Assembly (NCBI RefSeq): GCF_006345805.1
Contig: NC_043002.1
Span: 70,556,001 to 70,620,000 of the forward strand
Length of the DNA: 64,000 nt
Reading direction: 5' to 3'
From: Octopus sinensis
Lineage: Eukaryota
Positions 46,530 to 60,778 of the stretch are shown one piece after another. Position 1 is the first letter of the stretch, and each line of letters begins with the position of its first letter. Position numbers and translations under genes: made by a program. Under the pieces are notes generated by a model that saw nothing but the letters and a program-made list of their open reading frames with translations, searched no databases and was not told the origin of the DNA.

Positions 46530-49038
46530 AAAAAGAAAGCTTTAGTAGCTAGTGGTCAATCATGGCGATGGTCGTTCAGAGGTGGTCAGACAGTAATAAA
46601 ATAGTGGTGATCACAAAACGAAGATGCGCGTGGGTGTGTATGTGAGAGCGTGTGTGTGCGTGTGGATAGGGGCTGGTGACCTTAACGTGTGGGTATGTGC
46701 ATGTGTGGGCGTGTGGATGATGGTGTGGGTGCTGGGAAGCGGTCAGTGCTAGTGTGCGCGGGGTGGTGTGATGTGGTGTGGTGCAGTGTGGATAGTGGTG
46801 AGGGAAAACATTGCTCATATGTTGTAAGTTTAGTGTTTGGGTGATTTTTTTGTTCTGCATCATTTGATCGTTTTGAGAATTATGTGACTTTAAAAGAAAA
46901 TTTATATTGTCGCCAATGCTTGGATTGCGACTGTTTGCGGTATTTTATAAATGGAAATATACAAAAGTTGATTGGAACGCCTCAGATGTGAAGGAGGTGT
47001 TTGTATGTGAATGCTTCGTGTAGAGAGTGACGTTATATAAAAAGAAGTTTGGTTTGTAATTGAGAGTAAGGAAATGAATGATGTGTGTAATATGTGGAAT
47101 TCATAACTGGACACTGGTACATAACGGAGTTGATATAATGCACGGCTGGAGAGAAAAGTCAAAAACCGTTTTGTGTCTAGTAAGAAACTTCATGTCCAAG
47201 CAACTAAACACATCCTGAAGCTTATTCTACTGATGTCCTATGTGTAACAGTACAGTAAGTTATATGGGTGGCCTTTTATATGTATTCAGATATTCTTCCT
47301 TTGTGAGACTGCAAATCATCTGTGCAAGAACAATTTGTGTCAGCAATGTGTGAAGCCATAGCTTACATATCCGTTTCAAATACTCATTTACCTGTCTATC
47401 AAAATATGGGGAATCTACTTGTAGATATGGATTTTTTTCTGTAATCAACTGTGTTTTTTTTTCTTTAAGCCAGAGTCACTAAAAGTGCTATAGAAATATA
47501 TTGAAGCTAACGAAATCGACTATTCTGTTGCTGATACACACCTTAGCCTTCTACTTAGTCGAGACAAGCCAATATTTACAGATTTTTATATAATTTCAAA
47601 TATCAGTTTTCAAATAAGTCTACAAAATAAAATTATTGAAACCATTTTCAATAAAAATAAAATTCAATCAATGAATTTCCATTACACCAAGAAATTAAAC
47701 AAAAACCACGCACACACATGAAAAATATTCCAAAATCGTTGCTTAAAATCAGCAAGAAATATTGCATAATGTGCAAGCAATATAATAAAACAGAAAAGAA
47801 AATCTTTCCTTAATACGCTGAGAGAAATGATTTATTGGAAATTTTAAATATATCCGAGTGAAAACATTCTAAAAATATTCTGTTATTTTTTTGAAAATTT
47901 CTGAAAAATAATAAAAAATCAGAAATAAATCTTATATCATAATTAGCCCCAAATATATATAAGAATAATTCCTTTTCCTATTTTACTCTCTGTTTACACG
48001 AAATATAATTTAAGAAATCCTAGGGCAATATTTGGTGATATATTCTTTTTCGTCAGAAATAATCCAAATTAAAGTTTTAGTGCGTGTTGCGACTAAAATG
48101 TTTATGGAATAATTTATACATTTTCTCGATATATTAGTTAGAATTTTTGTACTTCGAAACAGAAGAACTAATTTTTTGAAACCAGACAGTGGTGAAATAT
48201 TTGAAAGACATTATTTGTGCAGCGTAAGGAGTAAATGATTTGGATTCATGTTATAACTTTTAAATAAATGACTGAATTACATTTGCAAATGCTTTAAAAT
48301 ATTGGCCATTACTGGTTCTTGAAAAATGATATTTAACTTTGTTTTAAAAAGAACATTACAAAGGCATTATTAGTTTTTATTGCTGTTCTTTGTTCTCGAT
48401 CAGATAGGCTCTCATTAAAATTACCCCGCATTGCAGCATAAAATATTCTACTCATCATCATCTGATCTTCGTTTAAGTCATACTTTGATGGGGTTACGCT
48501 GTAGTGTGCATTAATCTCTAAAGATTATAGCAGTGCAGCCCAAACTTTTGTGCATGCATCGGTTTCATGTAAGACAGTCTTTCTACGGAGCAGGGGACCG
48601 CATCCATAGCAAAGCACAATAAAGCACATAGATATATAATTTAGTTACTATACATATGCTGGCATTCCGTCGGTTACGAAGACGAGGGACGATTCCAGTT
48701 GATCCGATCAACCGATCAGCCTGCTCCTGAAATTAACATTCAAGTGGCTCAGCACTCCACAGACGCGCGTACCCTTAACGTATATCCTATTGAGATTACA
48801 GGAACTACTCATATTTGCCAGCTGAGTGAATTGGAGCAACGTGAAATGAAGTGTCTTGCTGAAGGATACAATATGTCACCGGTTTTCAAACTCACGACCT
48901 TCCGATTATGAGCCGAATACACTAACCACTTAGTCACATGCCATTACTTACTACATATATGATACTTAAATATTACATATATATTACATACAGGGTTGAC
49001 CAAACGTCACTCGACAGTAAATAAAAATTCCATAAATA

Positions 49039-49578
49039 TTGGGTTGTCTGGAAAGTTCGTACCGATTTATAGTAGCTTACCTTTTGAATTATTTTAGAAC
49101 ATGGTTAAGACAATAAAATAGGATTTGACTACACCTCCATTTTGAGCACAGTTTAATCTATCTTTTCGTGGAAGAAGGTTTATGTTCCTATAACCTGTGT
49201 TAATTCTGTAACCCTTTAAAAGGGAAATAAGAAAGTTCATTTTCGGTACTTGATGTTTGAGAACCAGACAAAAATTGCTGCAGCTCGGCTGGGATGTGTT
49301 ACCCCTCCCTCCATATTCACCAGATATTGCTCCTTCGGATTTCAACTTATTCAGGTCTCTGCAGAATAGTGTTAATGGTAAAAATTTCAAAAAAACTACC
49401 TTGATGATTTTCTTTGCCATGAAACCACCTCAGTTCTGGGAAGAGGGTATTTTCAAGTTCAAGGAAAGGTGGAGACGCATTGTGCAACAAAATGGTTTAT
49501 ATTTGGCTGCTTAAAAATATACTGGCATGTATTTTTTCTTTCCTTTAAAAATCAGCACGAACTTTCCGGACAACCCAA
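49039..49578 (+). mobile_element. Internally deleted mariner (TIRs, TA TSD)
   Basis: TA|TTGGGTTGTCTGGAAAGTTCGT ... ACGAACTTTCCGGACAACCCAA|TA. The transposase N-terminus (NKKVHFRYLM) is joined to the C-terminus (LGWDVLPLPPYSPDIAPSDF). Confidence 0.88.
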
Positions 49579-49786
49579 TACTTAATGTTCAGTTTTATTT
49601 ATTCATTCAAATAATGAATGTTTTGTAATTGAATGCTGTGATTTAAAATCATAGTTCCTTTTCAACATTTGTCTATTTAATAGGGAAGTCCTTTAAAAAA
49701 TAATTTTTCGTTCTAGTCTTGGAATTAAATGGTTTTGATTTACTATCAAGTTACTTTTGACCAACTCTGTATATATTATGTATATT

Positions 49787-49918
49787 CTTTTCTACTCTTG
49801 GTACAAGGCCCAAAATTTTGGGGTAGGGGGCCAGTCGATAAGACTGACCCCAGTGGGCAACTGGTACTTAATTTATCGACACCGAAAGGATATAAGGCAA
49901 AGTCAACCTCGGCGGAAT
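49787..49918 (-). mobile_element. 5'-truncated family-B SINE 3' monomer
   Basis: Reverse complement of the Nin-like domain plus tail seen at 8110-8250. Confidence 0.7.
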
Positions 49919-50414
49919 TATATATTATATATATTACAAAAACGCTTACTAGATAGCGACTGTGACTATAATAAAAATATAATTTAAATTTTTATCTTTT
50001 CTGTGCATTCCGGTACTGGTTGGGGACATCTGGATTATAGGTTATGAAGGAAATTTCATAGACAATTCTAGTAGGTCATATAACGATTATTTAGTGGCTT
50101 GCTGGTCGACTCAGAATGATTATTGATTGTACACTCTGTGAGACACTGCATCTGAAATTTCTCCACATCTGTCAGCAGTAATGTCTTTTAATTCAGTATT
50201 ATCTTATGATTCAGCAATTTTACTGTTTTATACACGTATCTTCACAGCAGTTCTTTGATGACATTAATAATTAGGATGATGATGATGATCATCATGATCA
50301 TCATTAACACCAGTATCATCGTCCTCATCATGACCATCATCATCAACATCATCGACCTCATCATGGTGGTTTGTGGTGGCGGTATTTCATTGTCAGTATA
50401 GTCATATTATAACA

Positions 50415-50717
50415 TTCTTCTTCTTTTTTCTTCTTCTTCTTCTTTTTCTTCTACTTCTTCTCTTTCTTCTCCTTCTACTTCTTCTATTTCTTCTTCTTCT
50501 AATTCTTCTTCTTATCTTCTTCTTCTTCTACTTCTTCTTCTCATCTTCTTCTACTTATTCTTCTCTTCTTCTTCTTCTTCTTCTTCTTTTGCTTTTTCTT
50601 CTTCTTCTTCGTCAATTTCTTCTTCTTTTTCTTCTTCTTCTTCGTCTATTTCTTCTTTTCCTCCTCCTCCTCCTCCTCCTCCTCCTCCTTCTTCTTCTTC
50701 TTCTTCTTCTTCTTCCC
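50415..50717. repeat. Long imperfect (CTT)n/(CCT)n microsatellite
   Basis: Directly visible. Confidence 0.95.
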
Positions 50718-51154
50718 CTTCTTCATCATCAGTATCTTTTATTTAGCAGAAATCCAGATAGACGTTGCTGAAATTTGTCCCATAGTCTCAGATGTTATGC
50801 AGAGGAGACTTAGCAGCACAGGGAAGTCTAGACAGTAATTCCGAAAGCTAACAAAGAAATCGATATTTTCTTGGTTAATAAGTTTAGAAGCAATCTTTTT
50901 CTCCATACATCACCTATTTACTGCAACATGAAACGCAGTGTAGAGCTAATTATCTTGTCAATTGCTAAACAACTGAGTTGCTAACGAGACACAAAGCATG
51001 CTTCTTTTGATAAAAGTTAGATTCTGAAGAAACTGGTGAGATTCCCCGATGCCAAAAATGATACTTTATTTGGCAACATATCATTTGGGTTGTCAGTTTG
51101 CTCAATAGTTTTCCTGGAAGTGTCATGAAGTGGAGCACAAGCCTTTTACCTTGT

Positions 51155-51360
51155 CACTTTTACGCGTTTCAGTCATGGCGTTGGAAGAGGGCCATGTTGG
51201 AGCACCGCGTTGGAGGATTTAGTCGAACGGATCTGCTCCAGTATTTATTCGTTATGTCCGGTACTCGTATTCTTTCACTCCTCTTTGCCGGACCGTTAAA
51301 TTACGGTGATGTAAATAAACAAACACCGACTGTCAAGAGGTGGGGTCAAAATCACAGATG
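51155..51360 (-). mobile_element. Diverged family-C-like SINE 3' half
   Basis: GGCCATGTTGGAGCACCGC...CTCCTCTTTGCCGGACCGTTAAATTACGG matches the family-C tail. Confidence 0.65.
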
Positions 51361-52033
51361 CAGACAGACACGCACACACACGCACACACACATACATCAC
51401 AGGCACTCACACACACACACAAACGCGCGCTCATACAGACACACACAGAAACATCCACACACAGAGATACACTCACCGCTTGCCCAAAAGGTTTTGTAGA
51501 GTAATTCTCAAATATATGTATTCGCATGCATTTTCAGGACTGAAACATCGGTGAAGTTAGAATATTTTCTGCGAATATGTTAGTTCAAGTATTCCTCAAA
51601 TTTACAATACTTTGATGTAAAATGTTCGGCAATTTCCGACGAACGACTCTTGTGCCTGACTTCATTAAATATTTAATATAAATGTTCATTTTTTACAACC
51701 AATATATATCAAATTGTGTTTGGTGCATTCCGGTGTATACACTGAATGGGAATCGTTAAAGGTCTCACCTTCTGTAGGGATCATAACATTTCTGTTATAA
51801 TTTGCGATAGAGCTGACTTGACTCGTGTTATTCCAAAATGAAGTATTTATATCTCCCATGCGGCTGTTTATCGGGTTATAGAGTTCAGGAATTCCAATGA
51901 AGTTTCTACTTCGATTACAATTTCTGCTTAATAGTTCACATATTTTTATTTCGTGTAGATTATAACAGGTGGATAAGAAAGTATTTGTTTGAAACAAGGA
52001 TATATATTTTTTAAGCATGTTGGTAAATTTCAT

Positions 52034-52448
52034 GCAGGAGTGGTTGTGTGGTAACTATAGGCGCAGGAGTGGCTGTGTGGTAAGTAGCTTGCCTACCAAC
52101 CACATGGTTCCGGGTCCAGTCCCACGGCCTGTCACCTTGTGCAAGTGTCTTCTAATATAGCCTCGGATCAGCCAAAGACTTGTGAGTGGATTTGGTAGAC
52201 GGAAACTGAAAAGAAGCCTGTCGTATATATGTATATGTATATATATATATATGTGTATCTGTCCCCCCAACATCGCTTGACAACCGATGCTGGTGTATTT
52301 ACGTCCCCGTAACTTAACGATTCGGCAAAAGAGCCCTATACAATAATAACTAGGCTTACACAGAATAAGGTCTGGGGGTCGATTTGCTCGACTAAAGGCG
52401 GTGCTCCAGCATGGCCGCAGCCAAATGACTGAAACAAGTAAAAGAGTA
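52034..52448 (+). mobile_element. SINE family C with duplicated 5' 20 bp
   Basis: GCAGGAGTGGTTGTGTGGTAA precedes the full head AGGCGCAGGAGTGGCTGTGTGGTAAG. Confidence 0.85.
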
Positions 52449-52812
52449 TCACTTTTGAAATGGTGCCATTTATCTAAAGAAATTTTAAACGTCAAAAATT
52501 TCAATTTGCCATTTACTTTAATTGTCATTCTCTATAGCCGCGTTTGACATAATGGTGCACAAATACATTTTCATGTTTGCGATAATCCCCTATGTCAAAA
52601 TAAAACCGTTCTATCTTCATGTATAATGTGAATGATCGAATCGGCAATGAACATACTTGTAGCATGACGGGCTTTGATAAATCACCCTGTCACTCTTTAG
52701 GCTTCTAAAACCTCAAACTTTGTGTCCGAAAATCTTAAATGTTGGTGTATTTAATATAGTCAATAAATCCATTTTAATTAGAAATTGTATCGTTTTCTTG
52801 TTATTCAATAAA

Positions 52813-52843
<31 letters not shown>

Positions 52844-52846
52844 TTG

Positions 52847-52885
<39 letters not shown>

Positions 52886-53159
52886 TTAATAATAATAATA
52901 ATAAGAAGAAGAAGAAGAAATACACCGGGGACGTTTAACGAAATATAGCAGAGATTTTTAGCAAATAAATCGGGGACGTTTAACATATGAGAGTGATAAA
53001 ACACTGCTCCGAAATCTGTCCAAAACATTAAGAATAAAGACATCATATGGAGCTAAAAGTAACTGACAAATTGTTGAACTATATCCGAGTAAGTAATACT
53101 AATTGAAATTAATTTATATTTTCCAAATGAAATGGTGTATTTTAACTGTATATTATCTC

Positions 53160-56100
53160 CATTGCTCGCACAACACATGTAAACACGCTCACCACATTAC
53201 GATCCAATCAACACCAGAACATCTCCGTCGCCAAACACCATGCACAAAGAATTTTAAATAAATTAAATAATACCGGTATTACTCAGTCCAAGAATAACAA
53301 TCGAGAAGTACGTACTTTAAACTTGTTACACAAAAATAAAGGGAAAAACTACACGTGAAATACCATTTAACACCAGACATGAACGGTCTGGTACCCTACG
53401 AAAATGATGATCGTCAAAATAAAGGGCCGGATGTTATTCCTCATATCCCGCAAATAAAACCTAAAAAGCATAAATGGACACGAGAGGAATATATTTCAAT
53501 CCTACACGTTTATCTTACAGCAGTGCTTTACCCAAAGAACGAAAACACCACAAGATATACATATAAAATCTGGAAGAAAAATAACTTAGATAAAGACTTG
53601 GATACAGAAATGAGCCCTAATAAACTAGCTAACATATGAAGATATATTCTCAAAGCAAAAATATGTCAGAAATATATAGAACACTTAAAAGGAAAAATAC
53701 ATCAGGAAAACGTAGATAGTAACCACACAGCAATGTCAAATATCATGAGCACTGGTACTGTAAAACACGAAGACAGACGTAACATTTCCAATAAAAGCAA
53801 AGTAAACAACAAAAGACAGCAAACCCGGTCCGTAGGAATGTATTATGATGAGCAACAAACACCAAACCAGAACATCACAGAGAAAAATATGAATGGGGTT
53901 GGGGTACGAAACAAATCTCAAACAAGGAAACAGTGAAGGTGAATCTAATGATTATGATACTCCAAAAATGAGCATAATCAAAGAACCGAAAGCCACAGAT
54001 CTCAGTATGAACCACCGATTTTACCTCCCAAAAATTATAATTGATACTAAAACAACATCAATAGTAAATAGCAGGAACCTGTCCGCCACGGAACTAATAG
54101 CCACAGAAACAAATGTCAGTATGACCAGGCTGAATGATATAATATATGCAGCAGCCGCTGTGGCCACAAAAAAAGATGGATACTCCTTCAAACCCATCCA
54201 AATAGGAGTACCACCACTGAAACAAACCCTCTGGATAAATAATTTCCAGAAAAAAAATAGTAAAAAAGAGAAAATATCTGTCAATCCTTAACGAAACTAG
54301 TAGACAATCACCACTACTAAGCAACAAGAAGAGAACAAAAATACTGTGTAAATACAAACTTACAGAAAAAGGTTGAGCTGAGGTAAAAAAAAAAGCCAGC
54401 TAAAGCAAGATATCGTTGCCAAAGCACAAAGAATCAGTCGGTATGAGAAACGCCAACGTTTCTTTGGACAAAACAAACAGTTCAACCCCAAACGATTCTA
54501 CCAAGAACTTGGCAAAAATAAAGTAGACATCAATCGAGCACCAACAGCAGAGGTGGAAGAATTTTGGAAAATATGGTCGGCGAAGGAACAACCTCAGAAA
54601 GGGTCTATCAAAACAACGTGCTCAACACCCGAACAACTTTGTCACACTATAACAATTGCAAAACCGAAGCAACTGGAAGGCACCCGGGCACGATAAGCTT
54701 CCCAACTTCTGGTTAAAATATCTGACAGGAGCAAATAAAAAGCTGGCTGAGAAATTTAATTACATACAAGCGGAGCCAGATACAATTCCTGAATGGCTCA
54801 CGGAGGGGAAAATTATCCTCAGAATTACAGACCAATAACTTGTCAATAACTCCTTACAATTTACAAAGCCTTTACTGGAATAATATCGCCGAGAATGAGC
54901 AAGCATCTGGAAGAAAACAACCCGTTTCCAGAAGAGGAGAAGTGATGTTGCAAGGGCTCATACGGCTGTAAAGATCAACTAATGATCAATAAGGCCATAA
55001 CTGAAGACAGATGCAAAAAGAAGAATCTAAGTATGACCTGGATCGATTATCGAAAGGCTTTTGATAGTATTTCCCACACACGGATCCTAGAAACACTAGC
55101 CACGAACAAGGTAGCACCAATAATCATAAAATATATAACACATTCCATTAATAAATGGCAGACTGTGCTACAGCGCCAAACAAAAGAGGGCCCCATAAAA
55201 ACCAAAACCATCCCCATTAGAAGAGGAATGTTCTAGGGAGACACGCTCTCTCCACTCCTTTTTTGCTTGACACTGACAGCTTTATCTGACATGCTAAACA
55301 GAACTGAATGCCGAAACAACAGTTACGACAAAACAATCCGCCACCTTATATATGTGGCTGACCTAAAACTGTACGCTACAAATCATAAACAGCTGGAAAC
55401 ATTACTACAGACAGTACGTGGATTTATCAAAGAAATATATATGAAATTTGGCTTAGAAAAATATGCCAAAGCAACCTTGAAAAGAGGAAAACTATTTACC
55501 AGTAGCAACATCACACTAGATAAAGCAAATGAAATATGAGAATTAGACAAAAGCTAGACATACAAATATCTAGGAATCAATGAACTAGATACGATACAAC
55601 ACGCACAAATTAAAGAGAAAATAAAGAAAAACAGAATACTATATACGAGTTAGATTAATACTGAAAATAGAGCTCAATGCGATAAACAAGATAATAAGTA
55701 TCAACAATTTAGTCGTTCCAGTTATAAGTTACAACTACAATATCCTTACTGGACATTAAATGAACTAATCAAAATAGACAGGAAACAAGGAAAATAATGG
55801 CAGGATTTAGGATACATCACCCAAAATCAGACACAGAAAGGCTATATATACAACGTATAGAAGGTGGTAGAGGCCTTATACAGCTAGAAAACTATTACAA
55901 AATAAACACTTTAGAACTACAAAAATACTACTTCAGAAGCAAGGAAAACTAATGCAAATAGCCACAAAACACGAACAAAACAAAAACTGTTTTCAGTCTT
56001 TAACGAAGATGACAAATACAAACAAGAAGTCATACTACCTAAGAACAATGAAGAAAAAGAAGAAACAACAAAAGCTATAAAACAAATGAAATCCAAACTA

Positions 56101-56940
56101 AAACTAGAACAGCAACGGATTATGATAAAACGATAGCAAGAAAAACCCCTTCATAGCATTAAACTAAACGCAAAAAATAGACAAAGCAAAATCCCAGCAA
56201 TGGTTGAGAAGCTCAGGACTCAAAGCAGAAACTGAAAGAATTTTAATTGCAGCACAAGACCAAAGCCTCCCTACCAGAAATTACCAAAAACATATAATGA
56301 AAAGAAACATAACAAGTAACTGCAGAATGTATGGAGATGAACAAGAAACAATAAATCATAATGTCTCTGGCTGCTCAGTCCTGCCTAAGAAGGAACATAT
56401 TCACAGACACGACAGTTAGGACCTTCATACACTGGAAGTTATGCCAACAATATGGAATAACAGAAAAAGATGGTATAGGCTCACGCCAGAAAATGAGAAT
56501 GCAGCAATACTATGGGATATGCCAATACACACAGATAGAGAAATTAAAGTTGTGGAGATCATGAAGAAAAAAATACATTTTAAATGATGTATCAATACCA
56601 ACAGATTACAACTTTTCTCTAAAAGAAATGAAGAAACTGGAAATAGCGGTAACTCGAATGTGGAGTCTAAACCAGAAACAATTCGAATCATAGTAGGCGC
56701 ATTAGGTATGATAAAAAAAATATTCAGACAAATACATAACAAAAACACCAGGACTTACAAATATATATAACATACAGAAAATAGCACTGCTAGGCACCGC
56801 ACACATCCTACGTAAAACACTTTCAATAAAATAACTATAAGAGCATCAAATCAAACTACAGCACATACCCAAGGCACACGGAGCTGCGCTCGGTAGTGCA
56901 GTGAAAGCACGTGATAAAAATAAGACTACTGAATAATAAT
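53160..56940 (+). mobile_element. Decayed R4/Dong-clade non-LTR retrotransposon (Myb-like, RT, CCHC, RLE), (TAA)n tail
   Basis: KWTREEY; NWKAPGHDKLPNFWLK; GCKDQLMINK; WIDYRKAFDS; GDTLSPLLF; HLIYVADLKLYA; GLKAETE..IAAQDQSLPTRNY; ETINHNVSGC; ILWDMPIHTDREIK; IVGALGMI. Many stops and frameshifts. Confidence 0.88.
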
Positions 56941-56944
56941 TATA

Positions 56945-57140
56945 AGTATTCAAGATGTGGAGCATGAAGGTAAAAACAATACCAATAATAATTGGAGCAT
57001 TGGGCACAATACAGAAAACATGAACAAAAATGTAGAAGCTATACCCGGCTCCTCAACACTACACAAAAGTCCCTGCTCGCCCAAATGCTCTTCTAGGAAT
57101 AGTCCACATCCTACGCAAGACACTATCAATTTAATGATAT
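56945..57140 (+). mobile_element. Second R4/Dong-like 3' fragment directly after the first element's tail
   Basis: RMWSMKVKTIPIIIGALGTIQK...HILRKTLSI* parallels the C-terminus at 56655-56830. Confidence 0.7.
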
Positions 57141-57480
57141 AGCCTAAACAAAATAGCACACAAATACAAGACACACACTATACAGCAATTACACAGTGAA
57201 ATAAACTTCCATCAGCAAGTTAGATAACCAGCGCGTTACTCATTCAACACTCAATACAAGCAGTAACGCAACAAAACACTGCACCATACATCAAGCGAAA
57301 AAAAATTAACACAATACAATCCCGGCAGAGTTTGCGCACTCTCAATAAAAAAAAAATAGAACACACAATGCTGTACACCCCGCAGCAAGACGAAGTTGTA
57401 GCAGGTGATGCAGTAGAAATTTGCCGCAAACTACAAAATGTTGATCGATTATATGATGATGATTATGATGATAATGATGC

Positions 57481-57516
<36 letters not shown>

Positions 57517-57651
57517 CAATAATTATGATGATGATGATAATAATAATATTAACAACAATAATGATGATGATGACGACAATAATAATAATAATAATAATAA
57601 TAATGATGATGATGATGATAATAACAATAATAATGATGATAATAATAATAA

Positions 57652-58116
57652 TGGGTTACAGCAAATATTCTGCTCAATACCACAGATTTGCTTGTCAGTT
57701 GTTTGACCTTAACCAGTTGACCATGTCCCTTAGTAGTTGACGATATGTGCATCTCTGATCACGAGCAAAATTAGTGGGGGAGCGTCATATCCATGTGTTG
57801 AGAGCGATTCTTAGAGGTTTGGATAATTCACGTTTGGAAGCATGGGTGGTTTGTTCAATATATTTAAACAATCATTATTCAGGGACCTAATGAGCGGGAT
57901 GGGCTACTCGAACAAAAGGAAATTCTAACTGAGCCCCACCTGCAATGTCATGCGCTGTTTATCTTGATATGAGATCACCATGTCGCGCACATATGGTTGG
58001 GATGCATGTGCCTGGTGTACCCTTATCAGACGTGTAGTCATGATAGGTATACTGGGCTTCGTACATTTTACCCCAGTGTCACTTTGATGGCATGCACTGC
58101 CCTCTCACTAAATGCT
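57652..58116. mobile_element. Unclassified repeat family D, copy 2
   Basis: Reverse-complement homolog of 24794-25242. It lies between (AAT/GAT)n and (ACT)n tracts. Confidence 0.7.
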
Positions 58117-58117
58117 G

Positions 58118-58195
<78 letters not shown>

Positions 58196-58329
58196 ATAAT
58201 AATAATAATAATACCTACTGTAGGCACAAGGTTGGGGTCACATTAAACGAGCCATTCTGTTCAGCCCAAACCGAACTGTGACTCTGTTGCCACACTGCTC
58301 CTCCTCCACTCGGGCACAGGGATCATCCT

Positions 58330-60200
58330 TGTGTCAGTTGCAATGAATTTCCTAAGCACGTCGTCTATGTTTCTAACTAGACCGCCCTTTATTATAGATT
58401 TCTCTATTGCTAAAACCTTATTGAGTCTAATCTATTCTACACTAATTGCCCTTTACGGAGTGAGTCACCTTTTGTTGATGGTGAATACCTCCGTCAGTGG
58501 TCGATAAAATAATTCGCTAATTCAATTTCCGTAGCCTATGTACACCTTAAGAAACGCGGTCAGCTTCCTCTATCTGGGCCTCTCTCAATGTAGTTTGTCT
58601 CTACAGGCCACAGCTTTGTGACCTGTGAGGCCAACTATTTTCTCATGTTTACAACCTGTGCTACCCTTATATATGCGCCTACAGTTTGTCTTATCTAATG
58701 ATGACTCATTTCATCTACTGCTGTTCACCTATGTCCACATTGGCACATTTCGGCATTCCAGTCGGTACTTATCAGACAAAAGTCTGAGTAAGTTTGTGAG
58801 TTATTTTACATTCCACCTCCTATAACCCAACCCTACAAAATACAGAACGCACTGCCAAACTGTTTGACTCGTCAGTTTCTAAGTTGACACCAAATCACAT
58901 GCATTTACACTGTCTATTCTGAGCACGACCAAGTTAGACAAGAGAGAGGGAAGCGAAAAATGGTTACCGTACTCCTATGTAAGGACAGTGTGGCGTTCCT
59001 ACGGATATGTGAGTTTTCAAGAGTAAATTTGTATGTGCAATGGAATGCTATTTGCGAATGTAATATAGTTATGATGCATTTGTTCGGTAATTTTATGGTG
59101 GTATATACGTCTATTGGTTCATATCTGTGTGTATTTAAGTCGGTGTTAATGATCTTTTTGGGCTCTAGTTGAGATGTATGATGAGTGCACAAATTAGATT
59201 GTGCTTGTTATAGGTGGTGTAGGAATAGGGATGGTGGTCTTGGTAGTAGTGGTGTTGCTGTTGTTAGTCTTGTGGTGGTACATTGTCGCTCAGAGTTATC
59301 TTCCCTATTTTTCCGTATCTGGTCATTTTTATGTGGGTGTGTTTTTGTTACTTTTTTGTCTTTGCATTGGTGACTGTTTCTTTTATAGGCTTTTCACCGT
59401 CATCGCCACTGAATGACATCTCAATGAGGTCCCAGGGCAGAAGAAGCATGTCTTGAAGGTGATTGTTCAGTTTTTGCTGTTCGGGAAAATTTAGTTGTTG
59501 ATATTCTTGATGTGCCATTTGTGGGAATTTTAAGGGTACCACTTGCAGGCCGTAGTTCTTTTGTCCTTTTTGTTGCTACTGTTTCTACTTTTAGTGATGT
59601 TGTTCGTGTTGTTTCTATCGGTGCTGCGTTCAGTTTTGTATCTGGTGTTACAATTACTGCTGCTGTTCTTTCATGCTATTGTGGTTGTTGAGTTGGTTAT
59701 TTGCGTTGTGGTTGCAGCTGTATTTGCTGGTGTTGACGTCATTAATTTGGCAGTAGCGTAGGTCAACTTTCAGCTCGCATTTTATGTTGTTTTTGAGAGC
59801 CAAAAGCTTTAAATGATTAGTATTTCCACATTTGTATCATCGAGTTCTTCTACTTCCCACCTTCACCTGCATTTAAAACCCTCCTGTGGCCTCTATTATG
59901 TTAGAGATTTTGTCCATGGCTTTGCTTTCATCTGAATTGAAACCCCTACTTCCATTCCAAACCAGTTTTTTTTCCGGAATATTTGTGTTTCTAGGAATCA
60001 TCGAAGCCACACATTTTGCCACCCACCATAGATTTAGATTTGGTCATATATTTGACGGTTTTACTTCATCCACTCTCCACTTCAGGCAAATCATTTCTTA
60101 GCATGGCAACTTAGCAACTAACTCCATCGTAGAGTATAATGCCGGAACAAATACAGCAGAGGATCGTTCCAACCCGCTAAAGATTCTCTCAAACCACCGA
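58330..60200 (-). mobile_element. Decayed antisense Tx1-clade element (ORF1 plus start of ORF2 APE)
   Basis: The reverse strand gives VKVGSRRTR*YKCGNTNHLK (knuckle) and PNLNLWWVAK. The DNA matches the ORF2 start (GTGCTCAGAATAGACAGTGTAAATG vs ATGCTCAGAATAGGCAGTATAAATG) and TACCGACTGGA...AATGTGCCAATGTGGACAT. Confidence 0.75.
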
Positions 60201-60684
60201 TCTAAATAGTTTCTAATTTATGAACAAGCCAAGCAAATCTTGCGAGAAAGGCTTACTCCATACCATCGATCCAGTTGTTTGACTAATATTTATTTCATTG
60301 TCACCGGAACGATGAAATGCAAACCTGAAATCGGCTGGATTTGAAGAATTGCTATGCATCTTATCTGAGGTTCTAGTGATTCTGTTGCTTTTCCAACTTT
60401 TACTTAAACTCCAGTGTAGGTATAAGTTCAGAAATTTTAGAGAAGGAATTAATCGATTATTCTGACCTTCTTGGCTATGGCGGATTTGTACTTCATTTTA
60501 CGACTCCTAAGGGTGACAGATAATGTTCACCTCTGCTAGATTTGAACTTTCAGCATAAAGAGCTGTAAATAAATACCGCAATAACTTTTGTGCGATTCTA
60601 TACAGCATCGCGATTAAACCCTGTACAAATATTACATAATGTTTTATTACAAAAAGCACATAAGCATAAAAAATTAAAGAAAGT

Positions 60685-60778
60685 GTCACGTTCCCAAGGC
60701 ATGCTGAGCTACGGTCAGTAGTGCAGTAACGTCATTCAATAAAAATAAAATTACTGAATTAATAATAGAAAGAACAAG
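60685..60778 (+). mobile_element. Short R4/Dong-like 3' UTR end
   Basis: CCCAAGGCA...GAGCT.CG.TC.GTAGTGCAGT...ATAAAAATAA..TACTGAAT matches 56865-56935. Confidence 0.6.

Noticed and set aside
48998-49030. TACAGGGTTGACCAAA as another Tc1/mariner terminus
   Set aside because: I could not find a matching inverted partner nearby.
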